Part shown: positions 1 to 9,702 of the stretch, in pieces
How the letters are laid out: every line of letters begins with the position of its first letter
Position numbering within the stretch: position 1 is the stretch's first letter
Assembly: GCA_965218795.1 (NCBI GenBank)
Contig: OZ244653.1
Location: 4,384,001-4,448,000 of the forward strand
From: a bacterium
GTDB taxonomy: Bacteria; UBA8248; JACPRG01; G963555815
Length of the DNA: 64,000 bases
Reading direction: 5' to 3'
The notes under the pieces: generated by a model
The model's database searches: none
Told to the model about the DNA's origin: nothing
Seen by the model: the letters and a program-made list of their open reading frames with translations, nothing else
Position numbers and translations under genes: made by a program

Positions 1-285
1 GACGTGGTTGATCGCTCAACGGCAAATTTTGGCGAAGCACGTTACCGCAGAGCGCGCAAAGTGGCGAAAGAACGTCCGTGCGCAGGCTTTGGAGGTGCAC
101 GACGCCATCTTGTGCGGGGACGGGGAGAAAATCGGGCGTCTTCGGAGCGAGTTCAGGGCGCTATTGAACCCGTTCGACTGTCAAGACCAGGCGATATTGA
201 AATGCATGACAGTGGATGGATCGCGTGAGGAGGTCACGGAGGAATTCGCCGGGCGAATCAGCCTTCTGCTCAAGCATGACTGGGA
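1..285 (+). pseudogene. 3' part of a hypothetical protein (LLKHDW motif), fused to an oppositely oriented MTase fragment
   Basis: ORF 8..493 reads as protein until LLKHDWD at ~285, then continues into the antisense strand of the MTase. Confidence 0.35.
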
Positions 286-621
286 TCCCTTGTCCCAAAC
301 ATGGCAACTCCGGTATTCCCATCCCAGCTCCAACAAAATCGGATGGACTGTGGCCCATCCGATCTCCGAATTCCAAAACCAGAGTGTGGTCTCAGGGGTG
401 GCTTTAGCAGCCCAGGCACTTATATGGGGTCTGTACCAGTCGACCAGACCCTTCACGGCCGGAAGGTCGCCGGGAAAACCGTTAAGACCATAGGGGCCGT
501 CCGATATGATACACATGGGAACGGGCCAGTCATCATACAGATGTTCGGCGTGCCCAAAGCAGAGCGCGACCTTTCCCCGGATGTATGACTCGTTGGCAGA
601 CCAATGCTGGACTTGTTTCAC
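283..621 (-). pseudogene. N-terminal fragment of an N4/N6 DNA methyltransferase
   Basis: IISDGPYG (motif IV-like), TLWFWNSEIGWATVHP, CHVWDKG; homology ends abruptly at GGGATCCC 282-289. Confidence 0.75.
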
Positions 622-647
622 GATAATTCCATCTTCAAAAGTGGGGC

Positions 648-675
648 TTGACGTTCATGGGCGGAATTATACAAT
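648..675 (+). promoter_or_regulatory. sigma70-like promoter
   Basis: TTGACG-16nt-TACAAT upstream of the GAGGAG RBS and ORF 744. Confidence 0.5.
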
Positions 676-743
676 GCATCCGTTCCCAATTCCCACCAAA
701 TGAAATCGACTGGGGCGAACTTCATTACTGAGGAGTAGAAACG

Positions 744-944
744 ATGACAGTTCCACACTGTGAGCGGCATGACAGCGTAAACCTGAATGAGAAAGAGCGA
801 CCTATCTTGAGTGGGATTCTGGAGAGATTACCTATCACACAGGCGGACCCTGCACGTCATAGATGCCCCTTTTGCGCCTACGAGCAGGGCCTGAGAGATG
901 CCAGGTTATCAGAAGAAGAAATCCTAGACAGAATGAACCGCTGA
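744..944 (+). CDS. small hypothetical protein with HxCxxC (CPFCAYE)
   Basis: good RBS and promoter; putative Zn-binding motif. Confidence 0.6.
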   Translation: MTVPHCERHDSVNLNEKERPILSGILERLPITQADPARHRCPFCAYEQGLRDARLSEEEILDRMNR

Positions 945-1204
945 ATCAAAAGGGGGAAAGAGAAGCGGTGTCGGCCATACGGTGGGAGGGAGACAAACGG
1001 TGAGGCTGGGTTGTTGTGGTATTATTTTTTTCATTTTGATTGTGATTTGGTTTATCTATATAATGGGTATTAACTGGTAAAAAAGAGGCGACTCCTTCCA
1101 GTCGATGGAGGATGCCAAGAGGCTGGCAGCTTCCTGCACATCCGCTCAAATTTTACACCTCCTATGGATGTGCGGCCTGTCCGAGGACTGAAAATCACCC
1201 CCCC

Positions 1205-2646
1205 TCACTCCAGCCCCGCGTCCCCCGAAAGATGAGCCGTGAACCCGTTCCGCTCCAGGCGCTTGACGAGCTCCCGGTCGTTCAGCTCGGGCAGGACCTC
1301 CCGCAGGGTCGACCTCAGCTCCTCGAAGCTCCGTGATTCCTCCGCGGCCTTGAGGATGGGCTCGACGATTGGCCCCATGAGCAGCTCCCACTCGCCCGCG
1401 GACCCGTCGCCCGCCCGGTCCAGGGCGTCCAGCAGGGCTTCTTGGTAACGGGCGGCCATCCGGGCGCTGTTGTCCCCGCCCCCGCCGTTTCCGCCGCGCC
1501 CCCCCTGTCCGGGAGGCCCCGCGTCCATGGGCTCGTGATCCGGGTGATCCGCTCCTCGCGCTCGGCCCGCTTGTCCAGGTCCTCGGGCGGCTCGGCGTCC
1601 CGCAGGATCACGGGCGTCTCGGCGCCGGGGAAGTTCCACTCGGTCAGCCACCTGGAGAGGGTCCGGTTCAGGGCCCCGTCCAGCATGCCCGCGTCCGCGG
1701 CCACCACCTCGTCCCGCACGTCCTTCTGTATCTCGGCCGTCCCCTTCCACGGCCCCTGGTCGGTGGTGGACGACTGCCCCAGGAGCGTGGTCGTGATCGC
1801 GTTGTCCAGGTAGGTCACGAACTCCTTGAAGTCTCCGCCCGACCGCTGGGCCTTCTCCAGCAGCTCGATCTGCTGGTTCTCGGGAATGGCCACGCCGCGC
1901 CCGGTGGCCATGCCGCTCAGGATCTCCACGAACCGCTGCCGCTCGATCTTGGTCGCGCCTGGCGGGTACTTGCCCAAAGGCGTGGGGGAGCCGAACTTCT
2001 CCAGGTACACGGCCCAGGCCTTCAGGCCGTTGCGCTTGAGCCACGTGGGCCAGTAGCACCACCGCGCCAGGCCGGGGCCGTGCGGGATGTCGCCGTGGTC
2101 GCTCGGCCGGGTGATCTCGATGAACTTGGCCGGCGGCACGGGCTCGCCGCGCGGCTTGCTGCGGGTCCTGAGCATGAGGTTCATGTCCACGTCCCAGCAG
2201 AACCGCTCGGGCGCGCGCACCTTGATCGCGTCGATGACCACCCGGCTTCCGTCCCGGGCCCAGAGGACCTCGGCCACGGCGTATCCGAACCAGACCGAGT
2301 GCAGGAGCTGCCGGCAGACCGGATCGAAGTCGATGGCCTCCAGCATCTCCTTCAGGCCCTCGGCCGCGGCCTCGTCCGCGCTGCTCTCGCCGCCCGGCTC
2401 CACGGTCCAGAGCCTGGAGGTCACGGCGTCCAGCCGCTGGTCCAGGGCGGCCTGGCACCGCTCGTCCCGCAGGATGTCCCGGTACTCCAGCAGGACCCGG
2501 GCGTCCTCGTCGTGATCGTAGGCGTAGCGCGCCCGCTTCTGGGGGTCGGCCGGCAGCTCGCCGATGAAGTCGGCCAGCAGCCCGCCGATGTTCGCGCCGG
2601 CGATCTCTCCGGCCGGAGGATTTTTCGGGATTCTTTCTTCAGGCAT
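1205..2646 (-). pseudogene. Mu-like phage portal protein (DUF935/gp29), frameshifted or internally deleted near 1500
   Basis: WFGYAVAEVLW, YLEKFGSPTPLGKY, LLGQSSTTD; the C-terminus (FEELRSTL...FTAHLSG) lies in the 1205 frame. Confidence 0.85.
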
Positions 2647-2886
2647 GACGATCCCTCACGAGAACTTCAGTCAAACTGCGGCCGTCGCCGCCCCTGTATC
2701 ACCCCACCCGGCGACCGGACGGTTGCCGAATGGTAGGCGCGGTGACGCGTGCGCTGCTTGGGAGCGACGCGTTCACGGTCGGCACCTCGTGTTGCTAGGG
2801 TGTTGACAATATTTTTGGATCGAGCCCTTACTTAATATAAACGTAGTTATTACTGTATATTACACTCCTGAATATTTCTTACTGAC

Positions 2887-3120
2887 ATGTTCGAGAAGCA
2901 CGCGACGAAGGGCCGTCTGGTCTATGTGGCGGGCAAGCTGCAGACCCGGCGCTGGAAGAAGGACGACGAGGACTCCGACCGGTTCTCGACCGAGATCCTG
3001 CTGGTTCCGGGCGGGCGGGTGCAGTTCCTCGACAAGCCGAACGGCAACGGCGCGCCGGTCGCGGAGGCGGAGACGGAGACGCCGTCCGCCGAAGCGCCCA
3101 TCGACGACATCCCGTTCTGA
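2887..3120 (+). pseudogene. ssb: single-stranded DNA-binding protein, C-terminal part (ICE/plasmid type)
   Basis: KGRLVYVAGKLQTRRW and DDIPF C-terminus; N-terminus missing. Confidence 0.85.
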
Positions 3121-3148
3121 GCGCGCATTTTGTTTCCTCTCTCCACCC

Positions 3149-3180
3149 GGGCCGGCGCTTCGCGCGTCGGCCCTTTTTCT
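3149..3180 (+). terminator. intrinsic terminator
   Basis: GGGCCGGCGC-TTCGC-GCGTCGGCCC followed by TTTTT. Confidence 0.6.
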
Positions 3181-3314
3181 TGCTGCCCGTTCCGAGTCCG
3201 TACCCGCTCGGGCCTCGCGTCGGCGCTACGCGCGACGCTTCGCCCTCCGGCGCTGGTCGGAGGCAAAGGCCGGCCGGTATCGGGCGTTCTCCGTCCATCC
3301 AGAGGAGACCCGTC

Positions 3315-4010
3315 ATGCCGCCCCCATCGTCCCGTTCCGCATCTCCCGCCGCCGACATCGCCGCCGCGCTCGGAGAGCGCGCCGAGGCCGTCTGCCGGCG
3401 TTATCTGCCGCAGGGCCGCAAGCAGGGCCGGTACTGGGTCGCCGGCGATCTCGAAGGCACTCGCGGCCGCTCGCTCTTCGTCCGCCTGCACGGTCCCGGC
3501 ACCCCCGGCAAGTGGACCGACGCCTCTGGCGGCGTTGCCGCGCCATCGGCGGCACCCATGCCGAGGCCTATCTCCGCGCCCGCGGACTCGCGCGCTGCCG
3601 GTTCCCGGCATTGCGCTTCCATCCCGAGCTTCGCTATCGCGAAGGCTCTTCCCTGCGCCGTTTTCCGGCGCTGGTCGCCGCCGTGACTGGCGACGACGGT
3701 GCTGTCGATCGTCACCGCGGCGCCCGGGGTCATTTCGGCCGCCGCGCTCTCGGCCGGAAGCCTCGGCGCCTTCGTGCCGCCTGCCGGGCTCAAACGGCTC
3801 GTCATCGCCCGCGACAACGATTCCGAGGGCGAACGGGCCGCCCAACGCCTCGCCCGGCGCTGCGCGCGGGCGGGCGTGTCCGCCCACGTCATCGTCTCCG
3901 AATACGGCGACTTCAACGACGATCTGGTCACTCTCGGCCCCCGGGCCCTGGCCCTTCGGCTCGCCGCCCTGTTCCCCGCGCCGCTGCGGGTCAGGGAGAG
4001 GGAGGGATGA
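3315..4010 (+). pseudogene. ICE-type primase/TOPRIM protein remnant (internally deleted)
   Basis: AEAVCRRYLPQG...PGKWTD; AEAYLRARGL...ALRFHP; AALSAGSL...IARDND, split over three frames. Confidence 0.7.
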
Positions 4011-4633
4011 ACGGGGGAGGGATGAACGGATCCAAAGGAGAAAGGGAGCATGGCGCACATCGTCAATCTCAGGCATGCGCCCGCCCTGCGGGCGGCGCTC
4101 GACCGAAAACCCGATCACGGCGGGACCGTGAAGCGGGAGAGGGGCGAATGCCGCGAGGAGGGAGAGAGAGGGCCCCGGGCATCGGCAACACGGAAGGAGA
4201 GCCGAAATGCAATCCGTTACCTTGAGGAGCATCGCCCGTACGAGTCGAGGGTCCACCACGATGGCAATCTCGCCTGCGAGGTTGCGGAGCGACTCACTGG
4301 GCGGACAATCCGCCTCGTCCCCATGGGCGATCTTCCCGCCTCTAATCAAATAGAGAAATGTGTGGTATTATGACATATGTACACCCAAATCCGAGTCGAC
4401 TCGTTCGAGTCCAGAATCAATCTCAATGAGGCGTTCTCGGGATTTTCCTCTCTTGGGTTTCGATTAACGGAGGATGGCCATTCAGTTTCCTTTATTTTTG
4501 TTTGCCCACATCCGTGCCTTTGCGGGAGGTCCGAGCTCACGGCCTGAAATCCAAGTCCTTAGCACTGCATGATACCGGGGGAAGTTTATGGAGCACCCTC
4601 CTCTCCTGCCCCGGGAATAGGGTTTATCAGTTG

Positions 4634-5638
4634 TTATTCAATCGGCTTTTTGCCCAGATAAGGAATCTTGAGCTTTCCGCTCTTGATTCTGCTCTCGACT
4701 GCCCGCACTTTTTGGGCGACTTCGGGGGTGACCTTCGCGTTGAACGGGGCCAATTGTGACCCGCCGCCGGCCAATCCGACAAGATAAGTTTTCTCGACTT
4801 TCCCCTTCTTCAGGTCCAGGACAATCCGCTTCATGATCCCATGCCACACGTACATCGTGCTCGTGATCACCGTATCAGGAGCCAGCGGGTTCCAATTCAT
4901 ATAGGTCCCGATCCCCAAAATTCCTTTCTCATCCGCACCCTTGATTCCTCCTTTTCCCATTGGACCAGCGCTCGTATAGATGACGTCCACCCCTTGCTCG
5001 GCCATTGCGATGGCCGCCTCTTTCGCCTTGGTCACATCGAACCACGAGCTCACGTAGACTTCCACAACGTTGATTTTGGGGACGACGGAGCGGGCACCCA
5101 TCTTGTAAGCGTTGTGTTCGGCGATCTGGTTCGGGACAGGGTATCCACCAATCACACCGATTTTCTTCCCTTTACTCATCAGCGCGGCCAGGACCCCGGC
5201 CAAGTACACCGACTCGTGGGACTGCGCGCCGTAATTTACCAGATTAGGATGCTTCCCTGTATCGAAGAAAAAAGGCACAGCGAAGACTGTGTTCGGGAAT
5301 TGCGGTGCCAGTTTTCGAGCCGGCTCGCCGAACTCGAAACTGTGCCCAAAGATCAGGTCAAAACCCCTGACCGCCCATCGCCGCATGACCCTCTCCATTT
5401 CGGCCACTTTGACTCGCTCCTGGTAGGCCACCTCATCGACTCCGGGGTCCTCCTTGAGCTTCATGACGGCCTCATATCCCCCCTGATACCAGCCAAAGTC
5501 CTTGATGGAACCGTTGACGGCGATGGCCACACGAAACTTCTTATCCGCCGCGATTGCGGAGGTACCCAGAAGGCCCACCATCAATGTGACAGCAAGTCCA
5601 TACACGAAACTGAGTGTTAGACGCCTCGCCCTGTTCAT
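4634..5638 (-). CDS. BMP-family (nucleoside) ABC transporter substrate-binding protein
   Basis: signal peptide, DFGWYQGGY, YLAGVLAALMS, SWFDVTKAKEAA. Confidence 0.9.
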   Translation of the reverse strand: MNRARRLTLSFVYGLAVTLMVGLLGTSAIAADKKFRVAIAVNGSIKDFGWYQGGYEAVMKLKEDPGVDEVAYQERVKVAEMERVMRRWAVRGFDLIFGHSFEFGEPARKLAPQFPNTVFAVPFFFDTGKHPNLVNYGAQSHESVYLAGVLAALMSKGKKIGVIGGYPVPNQIAEHNAYKMGARSVVPKINVVEVYVSSWFDVTKAKEAAIAMAEQGVDVIYTSAGPMGKGGIKGADEKGILGIGTYMNWNPLAPDTVITSTMYVWHGIMKRIVLDLKKGKVEKTYLVGLAGGGSQLAPFNAKVTPEVAQKVRAVESRIKSGKLKIPYLGKKPIE

Positions 5639-5730
5639 GGTTTCACCCCTCCAGCAAAAAGCCATTCGGGACAGCCCCTCGGTTGGGATCCGAGGCGGTG
5701 TTTCCCCAGCCGAACTTCATCGCCATCTCT

Positions 5731-6666
5731 TTACCTTGTTCCACGCACGTAAGGAATACAAAGCGCCGCCGGCAGCCTTGCACGGCGAGAGGTGCTCATT
5801 AAAGATAAAATAGGTAGTATGTATGGTAACATTTCCAGGGTCTGGAAGGCAATGGCCACCCCCGCCGCCTGTAACCGCAACTGCAGGGCGTCTGCTGCGC
5901 CGAAGATGAGGGCACCAACGAGCATCCGATAGGGATTCCAGCGGCCGAAAATGACGCAGGCAATAGCGATCCAGCCCCGCCCCACGGTCATCTCCTCGAC
6001 GAAGATGTTCATATGTCCCAATGTCAGGAACGCCCCTCCCAGGGACGCCATCGTTCCGCCAATGATCAAACACGTATAGCGCACGCCTTGAACGCTCAGT
6101 CCCACGTTGTCCACTGCCTCGGGGTTCTCTCCCGCGGCCCGGACCTTCAGTCCGAACCGGGTTCTAAGCAAGAGATAGCCTGCAACGGGCACCAGCAGGA
6201 GGGCGCCATAGATCATGAGATTGTGCTGGAAAAGGACCGGCCCCAACACAGGGATGGAACTTAAATAAGGGATGGGCAGGATTTCGAACCCTTTGACCTT
6301 TATCACCTCTGGAAGGTCGCCATAAATCAGGCGAAACAGGAAAGATGACAGGCTGATCAGGCCGATGTTCGCTGCAAGACCGGCCACAATCTGATCGAGT
6401 CGCATGGAGACAAAAAGAACCCCCAAAGCCAAACCCAAAAGGGCCCCCGTGGCAATGGCCACCCCCAGAGCGAACCACAGGCCGTTTGTCCTCTCCACTG
6501 CCCAGTACGCCATGAAAGCGCCCATCAGCATGAGCCCTTCCACGGCGAGGTTCAATACTCCGGAATTCTCTGCGAAGAGCTCCCCCAGCGCCGCGAAAAC
6601 CAGAGGGGTTGCCATCCGAATCGCAGCCGCCAAAAAAGCTAAAAGGAGAGCGGATTCAACCCACAC
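5731..6666 (-). CDS. nucleoside ABC transporter permease
   Basis: AALGELFAENSGVLNLAVEG, GRGWIAIA. Confidence 0.9.
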   Translation of the reverse strand: MWVESALLLAFLAAAIRMATPLVFAALGELFAENSGVLNLAVEGLMLMGAFMAYWAVERTNGLWFALGVAIATGALLGLALGVLFVSMRLDQIVAGLAANIGLISLSSFLFRLIYGDLPEVIKVKGFEILPIPYLSSIPVLGPVLFQHNLMIYGALLLVPVAGYLLLRTRFGLKVRAAGENPEAVDNVGLSVQGVRYTCLIIGGTMASLGGAFLTLGHMNIFVEEMTVGRGWIAIACVIFGRWNPYRMLVGALIFGAADALQLRLQAAGVAIAFQTLEMLPYILPILSLMSTSRRARLPAALCIPYVRGTR

Positions 6667-7711
6667 GGTGACCCCTCCGACCCAGATAGCTCCAGATGGC
6701 GCGCAGATTATCGCGGGCCAGAACAGAAAGGACCGCAAGCACCACTACGATGTCTGCCAGCGTAGCCGGAACCCGCGTGAGCTGCTCCACGTTGTCCACC
6801 CCCACCAGGAGCGCCGCCACAAAAATCGATGCCACCACCACACCCCCGGCCTGTAGTCGTCCCATCAGCGCGACCAAGATGGCAATATACCCATACCCAG
6901 GCGAAAGCGTCTCGATGAGACGATAGTGGACTCCTGCCACCTCGCCCATACCGGCCATCCCCGCCAATCCCCCGCTGAGGAACAGGGTGAACACCACATA
7001 TCGACTGATGGGAATGCCCCCAAGACGGGCCGCCTCCGGGTTGTCCCCAATGACCTGGATGCGGAAGCCCAAGACCGTCCGGGACATCACGAAATAAACG
7101 ACCGCTGCAAGGACAAAGGCCAACAGAATACCTGCATGAAGGCGACTTCCCGGAAGAATGACCGGAAGCCGTCCGACCTCGGCAATGTAGGCAGACTCGG
7201 GGAAAAACTGCTTCGAACCCTTCATCGGACCATGGACAAAGTAACTGACGGTCTTAATCGCCACGTAGTTCAACATGAGGGTAGAGATGATCTCATTGAC
7301 CCTGAACTTTTCTTTGATCACCCCGGCCAGGGCTGCCCATAGGCCTCCGCCAAGAAATCCTGCGAGGATCGCGGCCGCGATCAGAATGCCGCCGGGCAGG
7401 CCCTCCAGGGCCAAGGCCACAGCTGTTGCGGCAAGCCCCCCAACGTACATCTGTCCTTCCGCGCCGATGTTCCAGACACGGGCCTGAAAGGAAATCGCCA
7501 CTCCCAAGGCTGCCAGGAGGAGGGGTGCGGTTTGCAGGAAGGTCTCTCCGAGACTATTCACGCTGCCGAAAGCCCCTTGATAAAATGCGGTCCCTGCCTT
7601 GAGCGGCGAAGACCCGATACCCAGAATGAGGCAACTACCCAGAAGCAAAACAAGGACGATACCCCCAATGGAGGGCAAGATCGTCCAGAGAAGATTACGC
7701 AGGCGGCTCAT
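6656..7711 (-). CDS. nucleoside ABC transporter permease
   Basis: WNIGAEGQ, VNEIISTLMLNY, GYGYIAILVA. Confidence 0.9.
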   Translation of the reverse strand: MSRLRNLLWTILPSIGGIVLVLLLGSCLILGIGSSPLKAGTAFYQGAFGSVNSLGETFLQTAPLLLAALGVAISFQARVWNIGAEGQMYVGGLAATAVALALEGLPGGILIAAAILAGFLGGGLWAALAGVIKEKFRVNEIISTLMLNYVAIKTVSYFVHGPMKGSKQFFPESAYIAEVGRLPVILPGSRLHAGILLAFVLAAVVYFVMSRTVLGFRIQVIGDNPEAARLGGIPISRYVVFTLFLSGGLAGMAGMGEVAGVHYRLIETLSPGYGYIAILVALMGRLQAGGVVVASIFVAALLVGVDNVEQLTRVPATLADIVVVLAVLSVLARDNLRAIWSYLGRRGHRVG

Positions 7712-9267
7712 TTTCCGTCTGTTCCTTCAGACCGATCGGACACCAGAGCCATGGGGGAGCCTCCCATCAGGAGACCCACTTCTTCGGGCTCGGCTTCCGA
7801 TCCTTTGAGAATGCCCCGGATCTCCCCTTCAAACATCACGGCGATCCGATCACTCAGGCGCAGAATTTCCTCCAAATCACTCGAGATGAGGAGAATTGCC
7901 CGACCGCGTCCTTTTTCATCCAAGAGACGATGCTGGATAGCGTCCATGGCCGCCACATCCAAACCACGAGTGGGCTCTGCCGCGACAATGATCAGAGGGT
8001 CCAGGGAGAGCTCGCGGGACAGAAGCAGCCGCTGCTGATTCCCCCCCGATAGTAGTTTGACGGGTGCCCGCGGCCCCGGGCAACGGATATCGAAATCTTG
8101 AATCAAGCGTTCTGCATATGCGTCTATCGCGCGCGGGTTGAGAACAAAGGCACGGGAATAGGGAGGAGAAGCGTGGGTCTTCAGGATTAGGTTCTGGGCC
8201 AGACTCAGATTGGAGCAGAGGCCACTGCGAAACGCCTCTTCTGGGATATAAACAAGCCTTTGCTTGATCCGGTCGGCAATCGAGGCGTCTGTGACGTCCT
8301 GACCCGAAAGATAAATTCGGCCCTGGGCGACCTTCCTCGAACCCACGATCACCTCGGCCAGTTCCCTCTGACCATTTCCCGCCACCCCCGCCACACCCAC
8401 GATTTCTCCTGCGTGAACTGTGAGCGACACGTTGTTGAGGGCGGGGAGGCCCCTGTCTCCCAAGGCATGGGCACCTTCCAAGGTGAGCAGAGGCTGGCCC
8501 GGGTTGGAAGCCGACTTCTGGAAGGCGAAGGAGAACTCACGCCCCAGCATCATTCGCACTAACTCGTCCTTTAAAGTCTGTTTCGTCGAAACCGTGCCAA
8601 CCACCCGCCCTTCGCGAAGGACCGTGACCCTGTCGGATGACGCCATGACCTCTTCCAGCTTGTGAGTAATGAAGATGATCGTGAGCCCCCTGGCTGTCAT
8701 CGACCTCAACATCTCAAACAATTCGGCGCTTTCCTGAGGGGTAAGTACCGCGGTGGGCTCGTCTAGGATCAAGAGTTCCGCCCCTTGAGATAGCGCCTTG
8801 AGGATCTCCACCCTCTGTTGCTCACCCACAGAGAGTTGCCAGACGTACGCATGCGGATCCGTCCAGAGGCCGAACCGCTCAGCCAGCAGGCGGACTTCCT
8901 CTGCGACCATCTCTAGCCTTAGCCGCTTTCCACGACCCTTTCGATGGCCCAACGCGACGTTTTCCACGACTGTGAGGGTAGCTACGAGCAGGAAATGCTG
9001 ATGGACGAATCCGATCCCGTGGGTCAGGGCATCGCGCGGAGAACGAACGTCCACCACCCGACCTTTCAAATAGATGTGGCCCTCATCGGGTCGAAACAGA
9101 CCATATAGAACATTCATCAGGGTGGTCTTGCCGGCACCATTTTCCCCCAGTAATGCGTGGATCTCCCCACGCGCAACCTCAAAATCGATGCGATCATTGG
9201 CCACAACGCCGGGGAATCGCTTTGTAATCCCTTTTAAGCAAAGGAGAGGAGACTCACACGACGACAC
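7708..9267 (-). CDS. ABC transporter ATP-binding protein (two-domain)
   Basis: GENGAGKT, LSVGEQQ, LSGGNQQ. Confidence 0.95.
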   Translation of the reverse strand: MSSCESPLLCLKGITKRFPGVVANDRIDFEVARGEIHALLGENGAGKTTLMNVLYGLFRPDEGHIYLKGRVVDVRSPRDALTHGIGFVHQHFLLVATLTVVENVALGHRKGRGKRLRLEMVAEEVRLLAERFGLWTDPHAYVWQLSVGEQQRVEILKALSQGAELLILDEPTAVLTPQESAELFEMLRSMTARGLTIIFITHKLEEVMASSDRVTVLREGRVVGTVSTKQTLKDELVRMMLGREFSFAFQKSASNPGQPLLTLEGAHALGDRGLPALNNVSLTVHAGEIVGVAGVAGNGQRELAEVIVGSRKVAQGRIYLSGQDVTDASIADRIKQRLVYIPEEAFRSGLCSNLSLAQNLILKTHASPPYSRAFVLNPRAIDAYAERLIQDFDIRCPGPRAPVKLLSGGNQQRLLLSRELSLDPLIIVAAEPTRGLDVAAMDAIQHRLLDEKGRGRAILLISSDLEEILRLSDRIAVMFEGEIRGILKGSEAEPEEVGLLMGGSPMALVSDRSEGTDGK

Positions 9268-9702
9268 TTCACCCCCCTTTCCCCTTTGGCTGAGGAGTTG
9301 CTCGGCCCTCAGCCCATTACTCTTTTGGGCGATGGCCGTTTGGTGCATGGAACGAAACCGGGATCTCCTATAATCTCGACCCAAAATGAGTTCGTGCAGT
9401 CCAATTTACCGACGAAAACGATCTCACCCCCTTCTCACGACCGTGTCAACAATTTTCAATACCCCTGTACCAGGGCGTTGACGACCTGTGCTCTGCAAAA
9501 AATCTATCCACATGTCGTGCTGGAAGCTACGCCAAGCCATACGCGTGGTGGAGGCCCTACAGGCCCGGCTTTCAAACAACATTTGATCGGTTCGCAATTC
9601 GATTTCTATGAGGAAGAAAGCGGGCTGGACTCCCCCCCTTTGTGGCACGGGAACCCCCGGCCCGAACGCGGAATGGGATCCCGCTCCCCCGCCGGACGGC
9701 GG

